Assembly: GCA_046581755.1 (NCBI GenBank) | Contig: JAYGFR010000377.1 | Coordinates: 1-18,532, forward strand | DNA: 18,532 bases | Direction of reading: 5' to 3' | Origin: Nitrospinota bacterium | GTDB taxonomy: Bacteria > UBA8248 | Shown here: positions 8,803 through 18,056 of the stretch, piece by piece | Position numbering within the stretch: position 1 is the first letter of the stretch | Layout: each line of letters starts with the position of its first letter | Notes under the pieces: model-generated | The model's database searches: none | What the model saw: the letters and a program-made list of their open reading frames with translations, nothing else | Told to the model about the DNA's origin: nothing | Made by a program: the position numbers and the translations under genes

Positions 8803-9270
8803 CAAAATTTATCTTTCAAATGAACAGGGTCCATAAAGAGCAATCGATCAGAAAACGCGACAAAATAAAATATTTCCCATTCGTCCAATCGTCTTGAACC
8901 AAATCGTTCAAATCTACTGCACCTAATGAAATCAATGATATGGCGCTCCCGATCAATCGTCAATATACGTGGCCTGGCGAGAACACCCTCAAATTCAATA
9001 TCGTCAATTATTCATATTCTTAAAATAGTCCAATTTGGGCTACAATGCCACGGTCCGAATCATGGTACCCGGCATGCGGGTTGCCGAAATTCAGGAATTG
9101 CGAAGTTTTGCGATGAACAAAAAATCATACCCGCCTCGCGTTTACCGGATTCACTTGGAATCCGTACCACCCGCTGGAGATATGCCGCTTACAACATCGT
9201 TTAGAATGACTGATGCTGCCAAATTTCAACTGATGCAGAATCACCAGAATTTTCACGAGAGCTTATCGCT

Positions 9271-10608
9271 GTGATTGACGAAACACCCCCGGTTAACCCA
9301 TCGGATGCAGAGCATAAGAATTCGCATCAATTTCATCTCAGGACCAAGCCCATCGCGGTGTTCGATTCCGATCGGGACTCGATCGAGAGTTTATCGCATG
9401 CCATTGGGAAGAAAGGATACAAAATTCACCCCTGGGACGAAAAATCCGAACCGTTGGCATTTCTCGGAGAAATCCGCCCCTGTGCCGTCGTTACGGAGAT
9501 AGAACTCGGCGGCATCACCGGGTTCGATCTTTGCCGGGAAATCAAGGCTGACCCTCACCTCGCATCCGTACCCGTAATATTCGTTTCGGAAAAATCCGGC
9601 GTCCCCGAACGCGCCGAGGGCATCAGGGCTGGAAGCGATGCCTTTCTTCCGAAATCGGTCAACTCGGACGCCATCCAGGAAACGCTTCAAAATTTTGAAT
9701 CCGCCAATCAAGAGGTGCCGGCCCGCATCCTCGCGATGGAAGACGACGACATGCAAAATGCACTTCTCAAAAATATTCTCGAGGGCGCGGGCTTCATCTT
9801 CGATTCGTGAACAGAGCCCGAAGAGTTGCTGGACATGCTGGATTCATTCAACCCCGATCTGCTCATCATGGATTTGAAACTGCCGCGCTACAACGGCTTC
9901 GAACTGGCGCGGGTTCTCCGCCAGAACAACTGCTATCTGACGATGCCCATTTTGTTCCTGACATCCAGCAGCCAGGAAGCCAGTTATATCGAGAGCCTGA
10001 AAGCGGGAAGCGACGATTTCCTCGCCAAACCAGCCAACCCCCAGATTCTCATCGACAGCATCCGGTACCAAACCAAGCGTTATTTCCAGATACGCGCCTT
10101 GACCGACCAGGACGGCCTCACCCACATGCTCAACCGCGCCTCCTTGATGCGCCAGTTCGAATCCATTTTCTCCCGGACGGCCCGGTACCGGGAGGCCCTT
10201 TCCATCACCATGATCGATATCGACCATTTCAAGACCATCAACGACACCTATGGCCACCAAGCCGGCGACTGGGTGCTCCGGAGCCTGTCGAATTTCCTCC
10301 AGGAGGCGCTGCGAAAATCCGATATCATAGGACGCTATGGAGGGGAGGAATTTATCCTGCTGCTCCCCCAAATCGGGGCGGAATACAGTCTTCGCGTCGT
10401 GGATCGCATTCGTCAGGATTTCGAAAGGGGCGAAAAGGCATCACCGACCGGAGAAATCATTCCGGTGACATTCAGCGCGGGCATCGCCACCTACCCGGGC
10501 CATGGATCCTCGCTGGACGAGATTATCTTCGCTGCCGACGGCGCACTGTATGAATCCAAGCGCACGGGCCGAAACAAAGTCTCTCTCGCCAAAAACGGAG
10601 GGGGGTGA
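9271..10608 (+). pseudogene. PleD-like REC-REC-GGDEF diguanylate cyclase, interrupted by one in-frame TGA at 9808-9810
   Basis: ORFs 9271-9810 and 9826-10608 are in the same frame (GAGFIFDS*TEPEELLDML). REC2 has MEDDD, LIMDLKLP, FLAKP. Cyclase domain has DGLT, DIDHFKTINDTYGH, I-site RKSD, RYGGEEF. Confidence 0.85.
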
Positions 10609-10679
10609 TCCGGAACCTCGGCCACCTTTCGATTTTTTCGGGCTCGAAATTCTTTATCGATGACCGGCCGGACAAATCC

Positions 10680-11852
10680 TCATCCACAGACGGGAAAATG
10701 AAACGGGTAGCGGTGGAGGCTTTCTCCTCCCTCCGGCCGGACCACCATCGCCGCTCCGAGCTGGAGGCCGGCCTTGCCGTCCGGTGTGATTGGGTTGGGC
10801 TGAACGACGACGATTTCGCGGCCGGTGAGGGTGTAATCCTCGAATGTGTGATTCGAGGTCTTGGTTCCAACCTCGGGATTTCTGCCGAACTGGCCATGAA
10901 ACAGGCTGTCGTGAATGATAAATCCGCGCTCCGCGATGATTTCCGTTGCCTCGAGAATCTCCGCCGTCGTGCCGCCTGGCTTTACAAGCGCCCGCACGCC
11001 CTCGTAGCAATCCAGAGCGGCATCGAATAATTCACGGTAAAGGGGCGTCGGCTCGGCGGCGACGGCAAACGGCCGGTGTATCTGGGTTCGGTACCCCCAG
11101 AACTCCACCGTAATTTCCGTAATTACCGCATCTCCCGCCTCAAGCCTCCGATCTTGAAAATACTGCCAGGGAACGCCCCGCTCGGGCGCGTTCATGGGCG
11201 TGGAGGATACAAACCACACCGTAATGTTTCCCCCCTCGGGCAAAAAAGCGCCATGCGCAATTACGCTGAGATCGAGTTCCTTCAACCCGGGCCGAATCTC
11301 GCGCTCCAGCGCCTCGCATACCCGGTCGGTAAGGCGGCCGCTTTCGCGGTACCACTCGATTTCCTCTTCGCTCGGAATTTTCTGCTCGGAGAGCAGCTCC
11401 CTCTCGCAATCGACAAATGCGGCCTGGGGCACCTTTTTCCGGAGGGCCTCGAACGCGGCATGCGAAATCGCGTTGTGGAGACCCACGATTCCAACGCGGC
11501 CGCCGGCGGCGCCCAGCTCCTACAAGGCATCGGCCGCCGCGGCGGGCGCATCGGGATGATAGCAGCGGACATTCCGGGGCCGCGCAAATGCGGATGTGCA
11601 TTCGATATGATTAAAAAAATGGAGGAGCAAAATATCGGACTCCGGGCCGCCTCCCTTGTGCCGAACCAGCCAGGAGGGCGTTTGCGCCGGATACTGGGCC
11701 AGCCAGGTGATCGTGGAGCCGCCGCGGGGCCGCACGTGCACAACGATTGCGGAAAGGTTTTCGCGCTCCATCAAATCCTCGACAACAGCGTCCCGGCGTG
11801 CCCATTCCTCCCCGCTGAATTGGGGGTAGCCCAACTCGTTCCTAGAAATCAT
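10680..11852 (-). pseudogene. M24-family creatinase-like hydrolase (degenerate metal site), interrupted by one in-frame TAG at 11520-11522
   Basis: ORFs 11520-11852 and 10680-11486 are in frame. Read-through gives AAAADAL*ELGAAGGRVGIVG. N-terminal PQFSGEEWARR, KIPSEEEIEWYR, EITVEFWGYRTQIHRPF, VVQPNP. Confidence 0.8.
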
Positions 11853-12091
11853 GGCCGCGATCCTTGTCGGTTGGCGGAAATCGATGAAGGCCCCAACCCT
11901 TGCATTTTTCAGGCCCCCATGACAATCTCGAAATCACCCAAGCAGCGAGACGGGGGCTCCCGAGGGGCGCGCGGGGCCTCCCCAGGACGGCGGATTCGTA
12001 CTCTTGCCCGCATCGGCCTCTTCGCCGTCAAAACAGCATTTTCAAAATATTACGGCATCCAAATCTCCTGCATGGAGAAAGGAGAAGATAG

Positions 12092-13249
12092 ATGAAGCTG
12101 CCATTCGACCATGAAAAACTAAACGCTCTCATGGAAAATGACGGGGTTGATCTTCTGCTGGCATCCACCAAAGACAACGTTCGCTATCTGACGGGCGGTT
12201 ATATCTTTTTCTTTTTCGCCCACAAGGACGCCATCGGCGTCAGCCGCTATCTGCCCATGCTCGGCTATCCAAAAGGCGATCCCGGCAAGGCGTTTTACAT
12301 CGGGAACGCCATGGAGGGCTGGCAGCACGAGGTAGAGCCGATCTGGGTTCCGAATATCCATAACAACCAGTGGCACAGCCAATTGACCGGATCGGAGGCA
12401 GCTGCCCAGATCCGCGGCCTCGGCCTCGAAAAGGGAACCATCGCCGTGGAAAAAGGCTTTTTGCCCGCGGATGCCTTCGAGGCGTTGCGGGAGGGTCTTC
12501 CGGAAGCCACTTTCGTGGACGCCCTTTTCATTCTCGAAGAACTCCGGTCCGTCAAATCCCCCGAGGAGCTTGGCCTGCTCAAACAGGCTTCCGATCACAT
12601 TATCGCCTCGATAGTGTCCGTCATGGAGTCCACCCCGGCCGGAACCACCACCTGCGAAATCGCGGAAAAAATCCGCAAGGAAGAAACCAGCCGGGGCCTG
12701 GAATTCGAATATTGCCTCACCTGCACGGGACCCAGCTTCAACCGCGCACCCTCGAAGGCGCGGTGGGAGAAAGGAAATATCCTGTCTCTCGACTCGGGCG
12801 GAAACCTGAGGGGATATCTGGGCGACCTGTGCCGCATGGCCGTTATCGGAGAGCCCACCCAGCTCATGAAAGACCTCCTCAGCGAAGTCCAGGCGGTTCA
12901 GGCCGCCGGCCGCTCGGCCATCCGGGCCGGCGCCACGGGCGATGAGATTTTCGAATTGGCCCTCGGCGAGCAGGCCAAGTGCGCGCACAAGGATGAAATC
13001 AAATTCCTCGCCCACGGGATGGGAATGATCCAGCACGAAGCGCCCCATCTCACCGGCCAAGGAGCGGTTCCCTACCCGGGCGTCTATGCCAGCCGCCCCC
13101 TCGAGGCCGGAATGGTCCTTTCGGTCGAGACCGATCTCAAAAATGCTGAAGTCGGATTCATCAAGCTCGAAGACACCGTGGTCCTGACCGAAAGCGGCAT
13201 TGAAGCCTACGGGGACGAGGCCCGCGACTGGGTCGTCGCAGATGGCTGA
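12092..13249 (+). CDS. M24-family Xaa-Pro peptidase-like metallohydrolase (canonical D,D,H,E,E ligands)
   Basis: RSVKSPEEL, SLDSGGNLRGYLGDLCR, AHGMGMIQHEAP, SVETD, IKLEDTV; AAAGGAG RBS upstream. Confidence 0.92.
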   Translation: MKLPFDHEKLNALMENDGVDLLLASTKDNVRYLTGGYIFFFFAHKDAIGVSRYLPMLGYPKGDPGKAFYIGNAMEGWQHEVEPIWVPNIHNNQWHSQLTGSEAAAQIRGLGLEKGTIAVEKGFLPADAFEALREGLPEATFVDALFILEELRSVKSPEELGLLKQASDHIIASIVSVMESTPAGTTTCEIAEKIRKEETSRGLEFEYCLTCTGPSFNRAPSKARWEKGNILSLDSGGNLRGYLGDLCRMAVIGEPTQLMKDLLSEVQAVQAAGRSAIRAGATGDEIFELALGEQAKCAHKDEIKFLAHGMGMIQHEAPHLTGQGAVPYPGVYASRPLEAGMVLSVETDLKNAEVGFIKLEDTVVLTESGIEAYGDEARDWVVADG

Positions 13250-13309
13250 GATCCGAGAGCCACTTCCCCTGAACGGCGGACACCCCGTCTCTCTTCCGCG
13301 GCGCATAAA

Positions 13310-14488
13310 ATGGATCTGACCCTCAATCCGAAAAATCAGGATCTTTTTGAGCGCGCGAAAAAAATCGCCGGGGAATCCCTCGCCCCGCGCGCGGGGATGT
13401 ACGATCGCGAGGCCCGGTTTCCACGGGAAAGCTTCGACATGCTCATCCGGGAGGGATTTACCTCCCTGACCCTCCCCGAAAAATTCGGCGGCCGTGAGCT
13501 CTACTCCGATCCCACCGCCTACGTGATGATTCTCCACGAACTGGCCAAGGGCTGCGTCAACACCGCCATGCTCCTTCACATGCACAACTCCATCACCCAC
13601 TTCCTCATCACCCTCGGCACGCCCGCGCAGCAAGAGCGCGTGGCCGCCATCGTCCGCGGCGGTAAAATCATCGCCAGCCACGGCGGAGAGGCGGGCACCA
13701 GCACCCAGTGGAACCGGAGGCTGGACACCCGCGCCGAACGCATCGGCGACAAATACGTCATCAACGGGCGAAAGGTGTTCTGCTCCATGGCCGGCGAGGC
13801 GGACTATTACACGCTTTGGGTCCAGGTGGGGGACGATCCGGACGTGCGAAAAAGCTTGAGCTTCCTTTTGTGCCCGGCGGATCATCCCGGCTTCACCATT
13901 GATGGCCAGTGGAACTCCTACGCCATGCGCGGGACCGTCAGCCACGGGCTGCGGATTGAGAACGTAGATGTTCCCGCCGATTGCCTGATCGGAAAAGGCG
14001 GCGACCCGATTCGCGTCGATATCACTCCCAAGTTCGGGCTCGGCTACTCGGCGGTCTACCTCGGCGCCGGCGCCGCCGCCTACGAGTGGGTTCTGGACTA
14101 CGCACGGAACCGGAAACTGAAGCCCGATAACGTACCCATCACCTCCTATCAACCCATCCAGAGGCTGATCGGCGAAATGAAAATCGAACTGGAAAAAGGC
14201 CTTTTGATGATCCAGCGCGCCGCCTGGACGCTGAAAACCTTCGGGGCCGAGGAGGCCTTTCCCGCGATCAGCGCCGCCAAATTCACCGCCGCCGAGGCGT
14301 CTGCATCCATCACCGACAAGGCTATCAAAATCGCGGGGGGCTCCGGTCTTTTGCGCGATTATCCGCTCGAGAGATATCACCGGGAGGCCCGCGCGGGGCT
14401 CGTCATGCCCCCCAACTCCGAGAAATGCCTCGACACCGTCGCAAAATCGTTGATCGAGGCGAATCCCGTGATGGCGGGAACTCCCTGA
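13310..14488 (+). CDS. Acyl-CoA dehydrogenase-fold flavoprotein (paralog 1)
   Basis: LPEKFGG, ELAKGC, YVINGRKVFCS, MRGTVS, LDYARNR, AIKIAGGSG, YPLERYHREAR. Confidence 0.92.
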   Translation: MDLTLNPKNQDLFERAKKIAGESLAPRAGMYDREARFPRESFDMLIREGFTSLTLPEKFGGRELYSDPTAYVMILHELAKGCVNTAMLLHMHNSITHFLITLGTPAQQERVAAIVRGGKIIASHGGEAGTSTQWNRRLDTRAERIGDKYVINGRKVFCSMAGEADYYTLWVQVGDDPDVRKSLSFLLCPADHPGFTIDGQWNSYAMRGTVSHGLRIENVDVPADCLIGKGGDPIRVDITPKFGLGYSAVYLGAGAAAYEWVLDYARNRKLKPDNVPITSYQPIQRLIGEMKIELEKGLLMIQRAAWTLKTFGAEEAFPAISAAKFTAAEASASITDKAIKIAGGSGLLRDYPLERYHREARAGLVMPPNSEKCLDTVAKSLIEANPVMAGTP

Positions 14489-14536
14489 ACCCTTGTCTGC
14501 GGAAAACCGATATTTTCCATTCACGAAGAGACATAT

Positions 14537-15715
14537 ATGGATTTTTCGATAAACCCGAAATTCGCTGACCTGCCCGAGCGGGCAAAATCGATCGCCCGGG
14601 ACATTCTCGCCCCGCGCGCCGACGAATACGATCAAGAGGCGAGATTCCCAAGGGAGAATTTCGAGGACCTGGCCCGCGAGGGATTTACCGCGCTCACACT
14701 CCCCGAACACCTCGGCGGCCGGGACCTATATGCCGATCCCGAGGCGTATTCGATGGTTCTCTACGAGCTGGCGAAGGGTTGCACCTCCACCGCCATGCTT
14801 TTTCACATGCAAAGCTCGATCATCCATGTCCTGACCTGCATCCTCGGAAACCCGGAACAATCCGAGCGCTACGCCAAGGCCATCCACGAGGGGAAAATTT
14901 TCGCCAGCCATGCGAGCGAGCGGACATCCAGCCTCCACGGAAAAATGGTGATGGACACCCATGCCGCCCCCTCCGGAGACGGGTACGTCATCAACGGGAG
15001 AAAATACTTCTGCTCGATGGCAGGAGAGGCGGACTACTGCGTGCTCTGGTGCCAGCTTGGCGAGGACGATGATTTATCCAGAAGCCTCTACCTGTTCATT
15101 GCCTCCTCCGGCGATCCGGGAATGAAGATGGACAAAGAATGGGACGCCTTTTCGATGCGGCCGACGAGAAGCTCCTCGATGACCTATGAAAACGTAAAGA
15201 TCGCCGCGAACGATATCGTCGGAAACGGCGGCGACCCCATCCGCCCGGACGTGCTGCCCAAATTCGGGTACGGATATTCGGCCGTCTATCTCGGGGCCGG
15301 CGGTGGCGCGTTCGACTGGGTCCTGGATTACGCCAAAAAACGCAAACTCCAGCCCGACAACGTGCCCATCGCCACCTATCCGCCCATCTCCCGCCAGCTC
15401 GGGGAGATGAAAATCGCGCTCGACGGGGCCCTGTTGATGGTACGGCGGGCCGGATGGCTGATGGGCGCCCAGGGCGCCGGCGCCGCCTACGGCGCCATCA
15501 ACGAAGCCAAGTACGCCGCGGCCGAAACCGCCGCCGCGATTACCGAAAAAGCGATCCAGATCGCGGGCGGCGCCGGCCTGATGCGGCACTATCCCCTCCA
15601 ACGGTTCCACCGCGACGCCCGGGCGGGCTTGATCATGCCGCCCAATACGGAAAAATGCCTTGAAATCGCAGGAAAAACCGCGGCGGAAGGAAAAGCCGGC
15701 GCTCTCATGACCTAA
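14537..15715 (+). CDS. Acyl-CoA dehydrogenase-fold flavoprotein (paralog 2)
   Basis: LPEHLGG, ELAKGC, YVINGRKYFCS, LDYAKKR, AIQIAGGAG, YPLQRFHRDAR; collinear with the preceding gene over its full length. Confidence 0.92.
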   Translation: MDFSINPKFADLPERAKSIARDILAPRADEYDQEARFPRENFEDLAREGFTALTLPEHLGGRDLYADPEAYSMVLYELAKGCTSTAMLFHMQSSIIHVLTCILGNPEQSERYAKAIHEGKIFASHASERTSSLHGKMVMDTHAAPSGDGYVINGRKYFCSMAGEADYCVLWCQLGEDDDLSRSLYLFIASSGDPGMKMDKEWDAFSMRPTRSSSMTYENVKIAANDIVGNGGDPIRPDVLPKFGYGYSAVYLGAGGGAFDWVLDYAKKRKLQPDNVPIATYPPISRQLGEMKIALDGALLMVRRAGWLMGAQGAGAAYGAINEAKYAAAETAAAITEKAIQIAGGAGLMRHYPLQRFHRDARAGLIMPPNTEKCLEIAGKTAAEGKAGALMT

Positions 15716-15741
15716 CCTTATTTCACCGGAAGGAATCCCGA

Positions 15742-17418
15742 ATGAAAAACAACGGCGGCACCTTATTCATGGAAACCCTGATCGACGAGGGGGTCAGTTG
15801 CATATTCGGGAACCCCGGAACCACCGAACTTCCTCTCATGGACGCCCTGGTGAACGAGGAGCGCCTGGAGTACTACCTTTGCCTCCACGAATCGGTCGCC
15901 GTCGCCGCCGCCGAAGGCTACGCGTTCGCGACTGGAAACGTCGGCATCGTCAACGTCCACGTCGCTCCCGGCCTCGGCAACGCCATGGGAAACCTCTACA
16001 ACGCCAAGCGCGCGGGCTCGCCCCTCGTCATCACCGCCGGAAACCAGGGCCAGCCCGGCCACTTTCACGAGATCATCCTTTGGGACGACCTCCCGAGAAT
16101 TGCCGAGCCCCTTTGCAAATGGGCCTATGAGGTCCGGCACGTGGACGATGTGGAACACGCCATCCGCCGGGCCATCAAAACTGCCCTGACGCCGCCGACT
16201 GGGCCCGTGTTTCTCTCGTTTCCGGGCGACGTTCTCCAGGCCGAAACGGGCGGAATCAAGGGCTCGCCCACGCGGATTTCCACCCGCTTTCCGGCCGACG
16301 GGAATGCCATCGCCAGGGCGGCGGACCTGCTCGCCCAGGCGGACCGTCCCGTCTTCGTGACCGGCCAGGGCATCGCGCGCTCGGGGGCGAAAGAAGAACT
16401 GATTGCGCTCGCCGAACTGACCGGAGCCAAGGTGTACGGCGAATGCGCCTCCAACGCCTTCAGTTTCCCCGTCACCCACCCCCAGTTCGCCGGGGACCTG
16501 CCCCGGCTCGCCGGAAAAATGCACGAACAACTGGAGGATGCCGACGTCCTGTTCTTCATCGGCTCCGAACCCCTGGTTCTCTCCTTCGCGCCCGACGTCC
16601 ACCCCATTCCGCCTCATATCCGCGCCATCCATCTCGACCTGAACACCTCCTACATCGGCAAGAGCTTCCCTATCGAGGTGGCCCTGTTCGGGGACCCGAA
16701 AACCACCCTCCCGATCCTGACCGCTGCGCTGGAGAAAAAATGGGGCCCCCCCGAGCGCCAAAAGGCCGATGAGCAGCGCGCCAGGGTGGAGGCCGAAACC
16801 GGCGCGTTCTGGGAGAAAACCGACCCCGCCTTCAAGCCCGGCGAGGAGTCCAAGGCCGGCATGTCCCGCACCGCCTTCCAGGCCGCCATCCGCGAAGCCC
16901 TGCCCGAGGGCGCGGCCTTCGTGGACGAATCGATCACCGCCGGCGGAAACGGCCTCCGCCGTGCCATCGGGGACAAGGCGTCCGACCTCTTCGGGATGAA
17001 GGGCGGCGGAATCGGCATGGGCCTGCCCACCACCCTCGGCGTGAAAACCGCCATGCCCGACCGGCCCGTCGTGTGCGTCTCGGGGGACGGCTCCGCCATG
17101 TACACCATCCAGACCCTCTGGACAGCGGCCCGCTACGGCCTCGGCGCCGTCTGGGTCATCGCCAACAACAAGTCCTACCGGATCCTCAAGGAGCGCATCC
17201 TCAACCTCGACGGGAAGGCCAACGAGTTCCGCCAGTTCCCCTGCATGGATTTCGACGAATACGAGTTCGACTTCCGGGCCATGGCCGGCGCGATGGGGGT
17301 GGCCTCGGCCCCGGCGGACACGCCGAGCGAGCTCATCGAAGCTGTCCGCACCGGCCTCGCCTCGGGCAAGCCCCTGCTCATCGACGCCGCCATCGACCTC
17401 GAACCCCTGGAGCGCTAG
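15742..17418 (+). CDS. ThDP-dependent decarboxylase, benzoylformate decarboxylase (MdlC)-like
   Basis: FGNPGTTELP, LHESVAV (catalytic Glu), NVHVAPGLGNAMG, GPVFLSFP, ThDP motif GDGSAMY...IANN; AGGA RBS. Confidence 0.9.
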   Translation: MKNNGGTLFMETLIDEGVSCIFGNPGTTELPLMDALVNEERLEYYLCLHESVAVAAAEGYAFATGNVGIVNVHVAPGLGNAMGNLYNAKRAGSPLVITAGNQGQPGHFHEIILWDDLPRIAEPLCKWAYEVRHVDDVEHAIRRAIKTALTPPTGPVFLSFPGDVLQAETGGIKGSPTRISTRFPADGNAIARAADLLAQADRPVFVTGQGIARSGAKEELIALAELTGAKVYGECASNAFSFPVTHPQFAGDLPRLAGKMHEQLEDADVLFFIGSEPLVLSFAPDVHPIPPHIRAIHLDLNTSYIGKSFPIEVALFGDPKTTLPILTAALEKKWGPPERQKADEQRARVEAETGAFWEKTDPAFKPGEESKAGMSRTAFQAAIREALPEGAAFVDESITAGGNGLRRAIGDKASDLFGMKGGGIGMGLPTTLGVKTAMPDRPVVCVSGDGSAMYTIQTLWTAARYGLGAVWVIANNKSYRILKERILNLDGKANEFRQFPCMDFDEYEFDFRAMAGAMGVASAPADTPSELIEAVRTGLASGKPLLIDAAIDLEPLER

Positions 17419-17642
17419 GAGAGCCTCACCCCCCGGTCTCAGGAAAAGAGGGTGGAATCCTTCACCCGCAAACTCCCTCAACCCCCCGAAACCCTCCGGG
17501 CCGGGACACACCGCGCCCCCCTGCGCCCGGCGGCACCTTCCGCCAGTGGGGAGAATTTACGTCTATTTAATGAAATGGCAGCTACCGGAAATGCGGGGTG
17601 GTTCGCGGGGGGGGGGGATTCGTGGGGAAGTAAGTTAGCCGA

Positions 17643-18056
17643 TTATTTCTCCAGAAATGATTCTATCCGGACAGAAACTTTTCCCTAATTCTTCAGCTGG
17701 CATTCCCAAACAATGAGTACATCCCAACCCAGTTTCCGAAGCGCCGATCTATTCTTCTTGTCCCTTGCATTATTCCGTTCGAGCTTTGGAATCCAATACT
17801 CCAAATTCGATTTCGGTATCCGGGTGATTTTACAAGTTTTGGCAGTATGCTGATGCCAGAAACAGCCGTGAACGAAAATAGCTTTCCGGCGGTCAGGAAA
17901 AACAAGATCGGGCTTCCCGGGAAGGTCACTCCGGTGCAGCCGGTAACGGAAACCCATGCGGTGGGTAATGCTTCGGACGATCATTTCGGGCTTCATGCCC
18001 TTGCTCCGGATGGCTCGCATGTTTTTTGCGCGTTTTTGCGGAGGAATTTTATCCAT
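17643..18056 (-). CDS. vsr: Very short patch repair endonuclease; in-frame TAG at 17685-17687 truncates the last 14 codons
   Basis: MD..P..R..NMRAIRSKGMKPE, LPGKPDLVF, AIFVHGCFWHQH, YWIPKLERN, GWDVLIVWEC. Past the TAG the frame reads GKVSVRIESFLEK-TAA (17643-17645), resembling the usual Vsr C-terminal helix. Confidence 0.9.

Noticed and set aside
7492..8823. 443-aa + strand ORF
   Set aside because: Antisense to the WecA-like membrane protein, with no motifs.
8926..9274. Short ORFs in the divergent intergenic region
   Set aside because: No recognisable domain (e.g. Hpt) or RBS; more likely AT-rich promoter DNA.
11076..12095. 339-aa + strand ORF
   Set aside because: Antisense shadow of the minus-strand M24 gene.
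12119..17511. Long minus-strand ORFs (863 aa, 582 aa)
   Set aside because: Antisense shadows caused by codon bias of the real + strand genes.
17536..17548. CCTTCCGCCAGTG resembling 634-645 or a tRNA 3' end as a second att site
   Set aside because: Too short and imperfect in GC-rich DNA, with no T arm.
17416..17688. Read-through of the ThDP enzyme TAG into ORF 17452-17688 (global amber reassignment)
   Set aside because: The enzyme already ends where the fold ends (LLIDAAI), and the extension is low-complexity.
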